Assembly: GCF_009914755.1 (NCBI RefSeq)
Contig: NC_060929.1
Reading direction: 5' to 3' (one strand)
DNA from: the human T2T-CHM13v2.0 reference genome, Homo sapiens
Length of the DNA: 64,000 nt
Positions 1 through 11,025 of the stretch are shown in pieces. A model generated the notes under the pieces. That model did not search any database and was not told the DNA's origin. It saw only the letters and a list, made by a program, of their open reading frames with translations. The position numbers and the translations under genes are program-made. Position 1 is the stretch's first letter, and each line of letters begins with the position of its first letter.

Positions 1-108
1 TGTGATGTGTGCTTTCAACTCACAGAGTTTAACCTTTCTTTTCATAGAGCAGTTAGGAAACACTCTGTTTGTAAAGTCTGCAAGTGGATATTCAGACCTC
101 TTTGAGGC

Positions 109-125
109 CTTCGTTGGAAACGGGT
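109..125 (+). promoter_or_regulatory. CENP-B box (first of ~188, one per ~340 bp; last at 63669-63685)
   Basis: CTTCGTTGGAAACGGGT here and canonical CTTCGTTGGAAACGGGA in C and D dimers. Both retain the core NTTCGNNNNANNCGGGN. Confidence 0.97.
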
Positions 126-617
126 TTTTTTCATATAAGGCTAGACAGAAGAATTCCCAGTAACTTCCTTGTGTTGTGTGTGTTCAACTCACAGAGTTGA
201 ACTTTGATTTACACAGAGCAGATTTGAAACACTCTTTTTGTGGAATTTGCAAGTGGAGATTTCAAGCGCTTTGAGGCCAAAGGCAGAAAAGTAAATATCT
301 TCGTATAAAAACTAGACAGAATCATTCTCAGAAACTGCTCTGTGATGTGTGCGTTCAACTCTCAGAGTTTAACTTTTCTTTTCATTCAGCAGTTTGGAAA
401 CACTCTGTTTGTAAAGTCTGCACGTGGATAATTTGACCACTTAGAGGCCTTCGTTGGAAACGGGTTTTTTTCATGTAAGGCTAGACAGAAGAATTCTCAG
501 TAACTTCCTTGTGTTGTGTGTATTCAACTCACACAGTTGAACGATCCTTTACACAGAGCAGACTTGTAACACTCTTTTTGTGGAATTTGCAAGTGGAGAT
601 TTCAGCCGCTTTGAAGT

Positions 618-634
618 CAAAGGTAGAAAAGGAA
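618..634 (+). promoter_or_regulatory. pJalpha/A-box-like motif of the non-CENP-B monomer (representative copy, one per dimer)
   Basis: CAAAGGTAGAAAAGGAA lies 169 bp after the CENP-B box at 449 and 171 bp before the one at 789, the homologous position in the alternate monomer. Confidence 0.75.
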
Positions 635-830
635 ATATCTTCCTATAAAAACTAGACAGAATGATTCTCAGAAACTCCTTTGTGATGTGTGCGTTCAACT
701 CACAGAGTTTAACCTTTCTTTTCATAGAGCAGTTAGGAAACACTCTGCTTGTAAAGTCTGCAAGTGGATATTCAGCCCTCTTTGAGGCCTTCGTTGGAAA
801 CGGGTTTTTTTCATATAAGGCTAGACAGAA

Positions 831-3800
831 GAATTCCCAGTAACTTCCTTGTGTTGTGTACATTCAACTCACAGAGTTGAACGTTCCCTTAGACAGAGCA
901 GATTTGAAACACTCTTTTTGTGCAATTGGCAAGTGGAGATTTCAAGCGCTTTAAGGTCAATGGCAGAAAAGGAAATATCTTCGTTTCAAAACTAGACAGA
1001 ATCATTCCCACAAACTGCGTTGTGATGTGTTCGTTCAACTCACAGAGTTTAACCTTTCTTTTCATAGAGCAGTTAGGAAACAGTCTGTTTGAAAACTCTG
1101 TAAGTGGATATTCTGACATCTTGTGGCCTTCGTTGGAAACGGGATTTCTTCATATTCTGCTAGACAGAAGAATTCTCAGAATCTTCCTTGTGTTGTGTGT
1201 ATTCAACTCACACAGTTGAACGATCCTTTACACAGAGCAGATTTGAAACACTCATTTGGTGGAATTTGTAAGTGGAGGTTTCAGCCGCTTTGAGGTCCAT
1301 GGTAGAAAAGGAAATATCTTCGTATAACAACTAGACAGAATGATTCTCAGAAACTTCTTTGTGATGTGTGCGTTCAACTCACAGAGTTTAACCTTTCTTT
1401 TCATAGAGCAGTTAGGAAACACTCTGTTTGTAAACTCTGCAAGTGGATATTCAGACCTCTTTGAGGCCTTCGTTGGAAACGGGATTTCTTCATACTGTGC
1501 TAGACAGAAGAATTCTCAGTAACTTCCTTGTGTTGTGTGTATTCAACTCACAGAGTTGAACGATCCTTTACACAGAGCAGACTTGAAACACTCTTTTTGT
1601 GGAATTTGCAAGTGGAGATTTCAGCCGCGTTGAGGTCAATGGTAGAAAAGTAAATATCTTCGTATAAAAACTAGACAGAATGATTCTCAGAAACTCCTTT
1701 GTGATGTGTGTGTTCAACTCACAGACTTTAACCTTTCTTTTCATAGAGCAGTTAGGAATCACTCTGTTTGTAAAGTCTGCAAGTGGATATTCAGACCTCT
1801 TTGAGGCCTTCGTTGGAAACGGGTTTTTTCATATAAGGCTACACAGAAGAATTCCCAGTAACTTCCTTGTGTTGTGTGTGTTCAACTCACAGAGTTGAAC
1901 TTTGATTTACACAGAGCAGATTTGAAACACTCTTTTTGTGGAATTTGCAAGTGGAGATTTCAAGCGCTTTGAGGCCAAAGGCAGAAAAGGAAATATCTTC
2001 GTATAAAAACTAGACAGAATCATTCTCAGAAACTGCTCTGCGATGTGTGCGTTCAACTCTCAGAGTTTAACTTTTCTTCTCATTCAGCAGTTTGGAAACA
2101 CTCTGTTTGTAAAGTCTGCACGTGGATAATTTGACCACTTAGAGGCCTTCGTTGGAAACGGGTTTTTTTCATGTAAGGCTAGACAGAAGAATTCTCAGTA
2201 ACTTCCTTGTGTTGTGTGTATTCAACTCACAGAGTTGAACGATCCTTTACACAGAGCAGACTTGTAACACTCTTTTTGTGGAATTTGCAAGTGGAGATTT
2301 CAGCCGCTTTGAAGTCAAAGGTAGAAAAGGAAATATCTTCCTATAAAAACTAGACAGAATGATTCTCAGAAACTCCTTTGTGATGTGTGTGTTCAACTCA
2401 CAGAGTTTAACCTTTCTTTTCATAGAGCAGTTAGGAATCACTCTGTTTGTAAAGTCTGCAAGTGGATATTCAGACCTCTTTGAGGCCTTCGTTGGAAACG
2501 GGTTTTTTTCATATAAGGCTAGACAGAAGAATTCTCAGTAACTTCCTTGTGTTGTGTGTATTCAACTCACAGAGTTGAACGATCCTTTACACAGAGCAGA
2601 CTTGAAACACTCTTTTTGTGGAATTTGCAAGTGGAGATTTCAAGCGCTTTGAGGCCAAAGGCAGAAAAGGAAATATCTTCGTATAAAAACTAGACAGAAT
2701 CATTCTCAGAAACTGCTCTGCGATGTGTGCGTTCAACTCTCAGAGTTTAACTTTTCTTTTCATTCAGCAGTTTGGAAACACTCTGTTTGTAAAGTCTGCA
2801 CGTGGATAATTTGACCACTTAGAGGCCTTCGTTGGAAACGGGTTTTTTTCCTGTAAGGCTAGACAGAAGAATTCCCAGTAACTTCCTTGTGTTGTGTACA
2901 TTCAACTCACAGAGTTGAACGTTCCCTTAGACAGAGCAGATTTGAAACACTCTTTTTGTGCAATTGGCAAGTGGAGATTTCAAGCGCTTTGAGGTCAATG
3001 GCAGAAAAGGAAATATCTTCGTTTCAAAACTAGACAGAATCATTCCCACAAACTGCGTTGTGATGTGTTCGTTCATCTCACAGAGTTTAACCTTTCTTTT
3101 CGTAGAGCAGTTAGGAAACAGTCTGTTTGTAAATTCTGTAAGTGGATATTCTGACATCTTGTGGCCTTCGTTGGAAACGGGATTTCTTCATATTCTGCTA
3201 GACAGAAGAATTCTCAGAATCTTCCTTGTGTTGTGTGTATTCAACTCACACAGTTGAACGATTGTTTACACAGAGCAGATTTGAAACACTCTTTTTGTGG
3301 AATTTGCAAGTGGAGATTTCAGCCGCTTTGAGGTCAATGGTAGAAAAGGAAATATCTTCGTATAAAAACTAGACAGAATGATTCTCAGAAACTTCTTTGT
3401 GATGTGTGCGTTCAACTCACAGAGTTTAACCTTTCTTTTCATAGAGCAGTTAGGAAACACTCTGTTTGTAAACTCTGCAAGTGGATATTCAGACCTCTTT
3501 GAGGCCTTCGTTGGAAACGGGATTTCTTCATACTGTGCTAGACAGAAGAATTCTCAGTAACTTCCTTGTGTTGTGTGTATTCAACTCACAGAGTTGAACG
3601 ATCCTTTACACAGAGCAGACTTGAAACGCTCTTTTTGTGGAATTTGCAAGTGGAGATTTCAGCCGCGTTGAGGTCAATGGTAGAAAAGGAAATATCTTCG
3701 TATAAAAACTAGACAGAATGATTCTCAGAAACTCCTTTGTGATGTGTGTGTTCAACTCACAGAGTTTAACCTTTCTTTTCATAGAGCAGTTAGGAAACAC

Positions 3801-6800
3801 TCTGTTTGTAAAGTCTGCAAGTGGATATTCAGACCTCTTTGAGGCCTTCGTTGGAAACGGGTTTTTTTCATATAAGGCTAGACAGAAGGATTCCCAGTAA
3901 CTTCCTTGTGTTGTGTGTGTTCAACTCACAGAGTTGAACTTTCATTTACACAGAGCAGATTTGAAACACTCTTTTTGTGGAATTTGCAAGTGGAGATTTC
4001 AAGCGCTGTGAGGCCAAAGGCAGAAAAGGAAATATCTTCGTATAAAAACTAGACAGAATCATTCTCAGAAACTGCTCTGTGATGTGTGCGTTCAACTCTC
4101 AGAGTTTAACTTTTCTTTTCATTCAGCAGTTTGGAAACACTCTGTTTGTAAAGTCTGCACGTGGATAATTTGACCACTTAGAGGCCTTCGTTGGAAACGG
4201 GTTTTTTTCATGTAAGGCTAGACAGAAGAATTCTCAGTAACTTCCTTGTGTTGTGTGTATTCAACTCACACAGTTGAACGATCCTTTACACAGAGCAGAC
4301 TTGTAACACTCTTTTTGTGGAATTTGCAAGTGGAGATTTCAGCCGCTTTGAAGTCAAAGGTAGAAAAGGAAATATCTTCCTATAAAAAATAGACAGAATG
4401 ATTCTCAGAAACTCCTTTGTGATGTGTGCGTTCAACTCACAGAGTTTAACCTTTCTTTTCATAGAGCAGTTAGGAAACACTCTGCTTGTAAAGTCTGCAA
4501 GTGGATATTCAGCCCTCTTTGAGGCCTTCGTTGGAAACGGGTTTTTTTCATATAAGGCTAGACAGAAGAATTCCCAGTAACTTCCTTGTGTTGTGTACAT
4601 TCAACTCACAGAGTTGAACTTTGATTTACACAGAGCAGATTTGAAACACTCTTTTTGTGGAATTTGCAAGTGGAGATTTCAAGCGCTTTGAGGCCAAAGG
4701 CAGAAAAGGAAATATCTTCGTATAAAAACTAGACAGAATCATTCTCAGAAACTGCTCTGCGATGTGTGCGTTCAACTCTCAGAGTTTAACTTTTCTTCTC
4801 ATTCAGCAGTTTGGAAACACTCTGTTTGTAAAGTCTGCACGTGGATATTTTGACCACTTAGAGGCCTTCGTTGGAAACGGGTTTTTTTCCTGTAAGGCTA
4901 GACAGAAGAATTCCCAGTAACTTCCTTGTGTTGTGTACATTCAATTCACAGAGTTGAACGTTCCCTTAGACAGAGCAGATTTGAAACACTCTTTTTGTGC
5001 AATTGGCAAGTGGAGATTTCAAGCGCTTTAAGGTCAATGGCAGAAAAGGAAATATCTTCGTTTCAAAACTAGACAGAATCATTCCCACAAACTGCGTTGT
5101 GATGTGTTCGTTCATCTCACAGAGTTTAACCTTTCTTTTCGTAGAGCAGTTAGGAAACAGTCTGTTTGTAAATTCTGTAAGTGGATATTCTGACATCTTG
5201 TGGCCTTCGTTGGAAACGGGATTTCTTCATATTCTGCTAGACAGAAGAATTCTCAGAATCTTCCTTGTGTTGTGTGTATTCAACTCACACAGTTGAACGA
5301 TTGTTTACACAGAGCAGATTTGAAACACTCTTTTTGTGGAATTTGCAAGTGGAGATTTCAGCCGCTTTGAGGTCCATGGTAGAAAAGGAAATATCTTCGT
5401 ATAAAAACTAGACAGAATGATTCTCAGAAACTTCTTTGTGATGTGTGCGTTCAACTCACAGAGTTTAACCTTTCTTTTCATAGAGCAGTTAGGAAACACT
5501 CTGTTTGTAAACTCTGCAAGTGGATATTCAGACCTCTTTGAGGCCTTCGTTGGAAACGGGATTTCTTCATACTGTGCTAGACAGAAGAATTCTCAGTAAC
5601 TTCCTTGTGTTGTGTGTATTCAACTCACAGAGTTGAACGATCCTTTACACAGAGCAGACTTGAAACGCTCTTTTTGTGGAATTTGCAAGTGGAGATTTCA
5701 GCCGCGTTGAGGTCAATGGTAGAAAAGGAAATATCTTCGTATAAAAACTAGACAGAATGATTCTCAGAAACTCCTTTGTGATGTGTGTGTTCAACTCACA
5801 GAGTTTAACCTTTCTTTTCATAGAGCAGTTAGGAATCACTCTGTTTGTAAAGTCTGCAAGTGGATATTCAGACCTCTTTGAGGCCTTCGTTGGAAACGGG
5901 TTTTTTTCATATAAGGCTAGACAGAAGAATTCCCAGTAACTTCCTTGTGTTGTGTGTGTTCAACTCACAGAGTTGAACTTTCATTTACACAGAGCAGATT
6001 TGAAACACTCTTTTTGTGGAATTTGCAAATGGAGATTTCAAGCGCTTTGAGGTCAAAGGCAGAAAAGGAAATATCTTCGTATAAAAACTAGACAGAATCA
6101 TTCTCAGAAACTGCTCTGCGATGTGTGCGTTCAACTCTCAGAGTTTAACTTTGCTTTTCATTCAGCAGTTTGGAAACACTCTGTTTGTAAAGTCTGCACG
6201 TGGATAATTTGACCACTTAGAGGCCTTCGTTGGAAACGGGTTTTTTTCATGTAAGGCTAGACAGAAGAATTCTCAGTAACTTCCTTGTGTTGTGTGTATT
6301 CAACTCACAGAGTTGAACGATCCTTTACACAGAGCAGACTTGTAACACTCTTTTTGTGGAATTTGCAAGTGGAGATTTCAGCCGCTTTGAAGTCAAAGGT
6401 AGAAAAGGAAATATCTTCCTATAAAAACTAGACAGAATGATTCTCAGAAACTCCTTTGTGATGTGTGCGTTCAACTCACAGAGTTTAACCTTTCTTTTCA
6501 TAGAGCAGTTAGGAAACACTCTGTTTGTAAAGTCTCCAAGTGGATATTCAGACCTCTTTGAGGCCTTCGTTGGAAACGGGTTTTTTTCATATAAGGCTAG
6601 ACAGAAGAATTCCCAGTAACTTCCTTGTGTTGTGTGTGTTCAACTCACAGAGTTGAACTTTGATTTACACAGAGCAGATTTGAAACACTCTTTTTGTGGA
6701 ATTTGCAAGTGGAGATTTCAAGCGCTTTGAGGCCAAAGGCAGAAAAGGAAATATCTTCGTATAAAAACTAGACAGAATCATTCTCAGAAACTGCTCTGCG

Positions 6801-6946
6801 ATGTGTGCGTTCAACTCTCAGAGTTTAACTTTTCTTTTCATTCAGCAGTTTGGAAACACTCTGTTTGTAAAGTCTGCACGTGGATATTTTGACCACTTAG
6901 AGGCCTTCGTTGGAAACGGGTTTTTTTCCTGTAAGGCTAGACAGAA
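831..6946 (+). repeat. Three basic 12-mer HOR units (2038, 2039, 2039 bp): C-D-E-B-A-B'
   Basis: The marker dimer C (ACGTTCCCTTAGAC, TGCAATTGGC, CATTCCCACAAACTGCG; 339 bp) starts at 831, 2869, 4908 and 6947. Confidence 0.9.
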
Positions 6947-9900
6947 GAATTCCCAGTAACTTCCTTGTGTTGTGTACATTCAACTCACAGAGTTGAACGT
7001 TCCCTTAGACAGAGCAGATTTGAAACACTCTTTTTGTGCAATTGGCAAGTGGAGATTTCAAGCGCTTTGTGGTCAATGGCAGAAAAGGAAATATCTTCGT
7101 TTCAAAACTAGACAGAATCATTCCCACAAACTGCGTTGTGATGTGTTCGTTCATCTCACAGAGTTTAACCTTTCTTTTCGTAGAGCAGTTAGGAAACAGT
7201 CTGTTTGTAAATTCTGTAAGTGGATATTCTGACATCTTGTGGCCTTCGTTGGAAACGGGATTTCTTCATATTCTGCTAGACAGAAGAATTCTCAGAATCT
7301 TCCTTGTGTTGTGTGTATTCAACTCACACAGTTGAACGATTGTTTACACAGAGCAGATTTGAAACACTCTTTTTGTGGAATTTGCAAGTGGAGATTTCAG
7401 CCGCTTTGAGGTCAATGGTAGAAAAGGAAATATCTTCGTATAAAAACTAGACAGAATGATTCTCAGAAACTTCTTTGTGATGTGTGCGTTCAACTCACAG
7501 AGTTTAACCTTTCTTTTCATAGAGCAGTTATGAAACACTCTGTTTGTAAACTCTGCAAGTGGATATTCAGACCTCTTTGAGGCCTTCGTTGGAAACGGGA
7601 TTTCTTCATACTGTGCTAGACAGAAGAATTCTCAGTAACTTCCTTGTGTTGTGTGTATTCAACTCACAGAGTTGAACGATCCTTTACACAGAGCAGACTT
7701 GAAACACTCTTTTTGTGGAATTTGCAAGTGGAGATTTCAGCCGCGTTGAGGTCAATGGTAGAAAAGGAAATATCTTCGTATAAAAACTAGACAGAATGAT
7801 TCTCAGAAACTCCTTTGTGATGTGTGTGTTCAACTCACAGAGTTTAACATTTCTTTTCATAGAGCAGTTAGGAAACACTCTGTTTGTAAAGTCTGCAAGT
7901 GGATATTCAGACCTCTTTGAGGCCTTCGTTGGAAACGGGTTTTTTTCATATAAGGCTAGACAGAAGAATTCCCAGTAACTTCCTTGTGTTGTGTGTGTTC
8001 AACTCACAGAGTTGAACTTTCGTTTACACAGAGCAGATTTGAAACACTCTTTTTGTGGAATTTGCAAATGGAGATTTCAAGCGCTTTGAGGCCAAAGGCA
8101 GAAAAGGAAATATCTTCGTATAAAAACTAGACAGAATCATTCTCAGAAACTGCTCTGCGATGTGTGCGTTCAACTCTCAGAGTTTAACTTTTCTTTTCAT
8201 TCAGCAGTTTGGAAACACTCTGTTTGTAAAGTCTGCACGTGGATAATTTGACCACTTAGAGGCCTTCGTTGGAAACGGGTTTTTTTCATGTAAGGCTAGA
8301 CAGAAGAATTCTCAGTAACTTCCTTGTGTTGTGTGTATTCAACTCACACAGTTGAACGATCCTTTACACAGAGCAGACTTGTAACACTCTTTTTGTGGAA
8401 TTTGCAAGTGGGGATTTCAGCCGCTTTGAAGTCAAAGGTAGAAAAGGAAATATCTTCCTATAAAAACTAGACAGAATGATTCTCAGAAACTCCTTTGTGA
8501 TGTGTGCTTTCAACTCACAGAGTTTAACCTTTCTTTTCATAGAGCAGTTAGGAAACACTCTGTTTGTAAAGTCTGCAAGTGGATATTCAGACCTCTTTGA
8601 GGCCTTCGTTGGAAACGGGTTTTTTTCATATAAGGCTAGACAGAAGAATTCCCAGTAACTTCCTTGTGTTGTGTGTGTTCAACTCACAGAGTTGAACTTT
8701 CATTTACACAGAGCAGATTTGAAACACTCTTTTTGTGGAATTTGCAAATGGAGATTTCAAGCGCTTTCAGGCCAAAGGCAGAAAAGGAAATATCTTCGTA
8801 TAAAAACTAGACAGAATCATTCTCAGAAACTGCTCTGCGATGTGTGCGTTCAACTCTCAGAGTTTAACTTTGCTTTTCATTCAGCAGTTTGGAAACACTC
8901 TGTTTGTAAAGTCTGCACGTGGATAATTTGACCACTTAGAGGCCTTCGTTGGAAACGGGTTTTTTTCATGTAAGGCTAGACAGAAGAATTCTCAGTAACT
9001 TCCTTGTGTTGTGTGTATTCAACTCACACAGTTGAACGATCCTTTACACAGAGCAGACTTGTAACACTCTTTTTGTGGAATTTGCAAGTGGAGATTTCAG
9101 CCGCTTTGAAGTCAAAGGTAGAAAAGGAAATATCTTCCTATAAAAACTAGACAGAATGATTCTCAAAAACTCCTTTGTGATGTGTGCGTTCAACTCACAG
9201 AGTTTAACCTTTCTTTTCATAGAGCAGTTAGGAAACACTCTGTTTGTAAAGTCTCCAAGTGGATATTCAGACCTCTTTGAGGCCTTCGTTGGAAACGGGT
9301 TTTTTTCATATAAGGCTAGACAGAAGAATTCCCAGTAACTTCCTTGTGTTGTGTGTGTTCAACTCACAGAGTTGAACTTTGATTTACACAGAGCAGATTT
9401 GAAACACTCTTTTTGTGGAATTTGCAAGTGGAGATTTCAAGCGCTTTGAGGCCAAAGGCAGAAAAGGAAATATCTTCGTATAAAAACTAGACAGAATCAT
9501 TCTCAGAAACTGCTCTGCGATGTGTGCGTTCAACTCTCAGAGTTTAACTTTTCTTTTCATTCAGCAGTTTGGAAACACTCTGTTTGTAAAGTCTGCACGT
9601 GGATAATTTGACCACTTAGAGGCCTTCGTTGGAAACGGGTTTTTTTCATGTAAGGCTAGACAGAAGAATTCTCAGTAACTTCCTTGTGTTGTGTGTATTC
9701 AACTCACAGAGTTGAACGATCCTTTACACAGAGCAGACTTGTAACACTCTTTTTGTGGAATTTGCAAGTGGAGATTTCAGCCGCTTTGAAGTCAAAGGTA
9801 GAAAAGGAAATATCTTCCTATAAAAACTAGACAGAATGATTCTCAGAAACTCCTTTGTGATGTGTGTGTTCAACTCACAGAGTTTAACCTTTCTTTTCAT

Positions 9901-11025
9901 AGAGCAGTTAGGAATCACTCTGTTTGTAAAGTCTGCAAGTGGATATTCAGACCTCTTTGAGGCCTTCGTTGGAAACGGGTTTTTTTCATATAAGGCTAGA
10001 CAGAAGAATTCCCAGTAACTTCCTTGTGTTGTGTGTGTTCAACTCACAGAGTTGAACTTTCATTTACACAGAGCAGATTTGAAACACTCTTTTTGTGGAA
10101 TTTGCAAATGGAGATTTCAAGCGCTTTGAGGCCAAAGGCAGAAAAGGAAATATCTTTGTATAAAAACTAGACAGAATCATTCTCAGAAACTGCTCTGCGA
10201 TGTGTGCGTTCAACTCTCAGAGTTTAACTTTGCTTTTCATTCAGCAGTTTGGAAACACTCTGTTTGTAAAGTCTGCACGTGGATAATTTGACCACTTAGA
10301 GGCCTTCGTTGGAAACGGGTTTTTTTCATGTAAGGCTAGACAGAAGAATTCTCAGTAACTTCCTTGTGTTGTGTGTATTCAACTCACACAGTTGAACGAT
10401 CCTTTACACAGAGCAGACTTGTAACACTCTTTTTGTGGAATTTGCAAGTGGAGATTTCAGCCGCTTTGAAGTCAAAGGTAGAAAAGGAAATATCTTCCTA
10501 TAAAAACTAGACAGAATGATTCTCAGAAACTCCTTTGTGATGTGTGCGTTCAACTCACAGAGTTTAACCTTTCTTTTCATAGAGCAGTTAGGAAACACTC
10601 TGTTTGTAAAGTCTCCAAGTGGATATTCAGACCTCTTTGAGGCCTTCGTTGGAAACGGGTTTTTTTCATATAAGGCTAGACAGAAGAATTCCCAGTAACT
10701 TCCTTGTGTTGTGTGTGTTCAACTCACAGAGTTGAACTTTGATTTACACAGAGCAGATTTGAAACACTCTTTTTGTGGAATTTGCAAGTGGAGATTTCAA
10801 GCGCTTTGAGGCCAAAGGCAGAAAAGGAAATATCTTCGTATAAAAACTAGACAGAATCATTCTCAGAAACTGCTCTGCGATGTGTGCGTTCAACTCTCAG
10901 AGTTTAACTTTTCTTTTCATTCAGCAGTTTGGAAACACTCTGTTTGTAAAGTCTGCACGTGGATATTTTGACCACTTAGAGGCCTTCGTTGGAAACGGGT
11001 TTTTTTCCTGTAAGGCTAGACAGAA
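6947..11025 (+). repeat. 24-mer HOR variant: C-D-E-B-(A-B)x4
   Basis: C-to-C spacing is 4079 bp. A dimers (GACTTGTAAC, GAAGTCAAAGG, CTTCCTATA) recur at 680-bp intervals. Confidence 0.88.

Noticed and set aside
121-133. CGGG followed by T7 as an intrinsic terminator
   Set aside because: There is no GC-rich hairpin or transcription unit; it is the CENP-B box flank in eukaryotic satellite DNA.
169-184. TG-rich microsatellite-like stretch (TTGTGTTGTGTGTGTT)
   Set aside because: It is a fixed part of the monomer with no length variation.
3888-3893. Loss of an EcoRI site (GGATTC)
   Set aside because: It is a single private substitution with no evident consequence.
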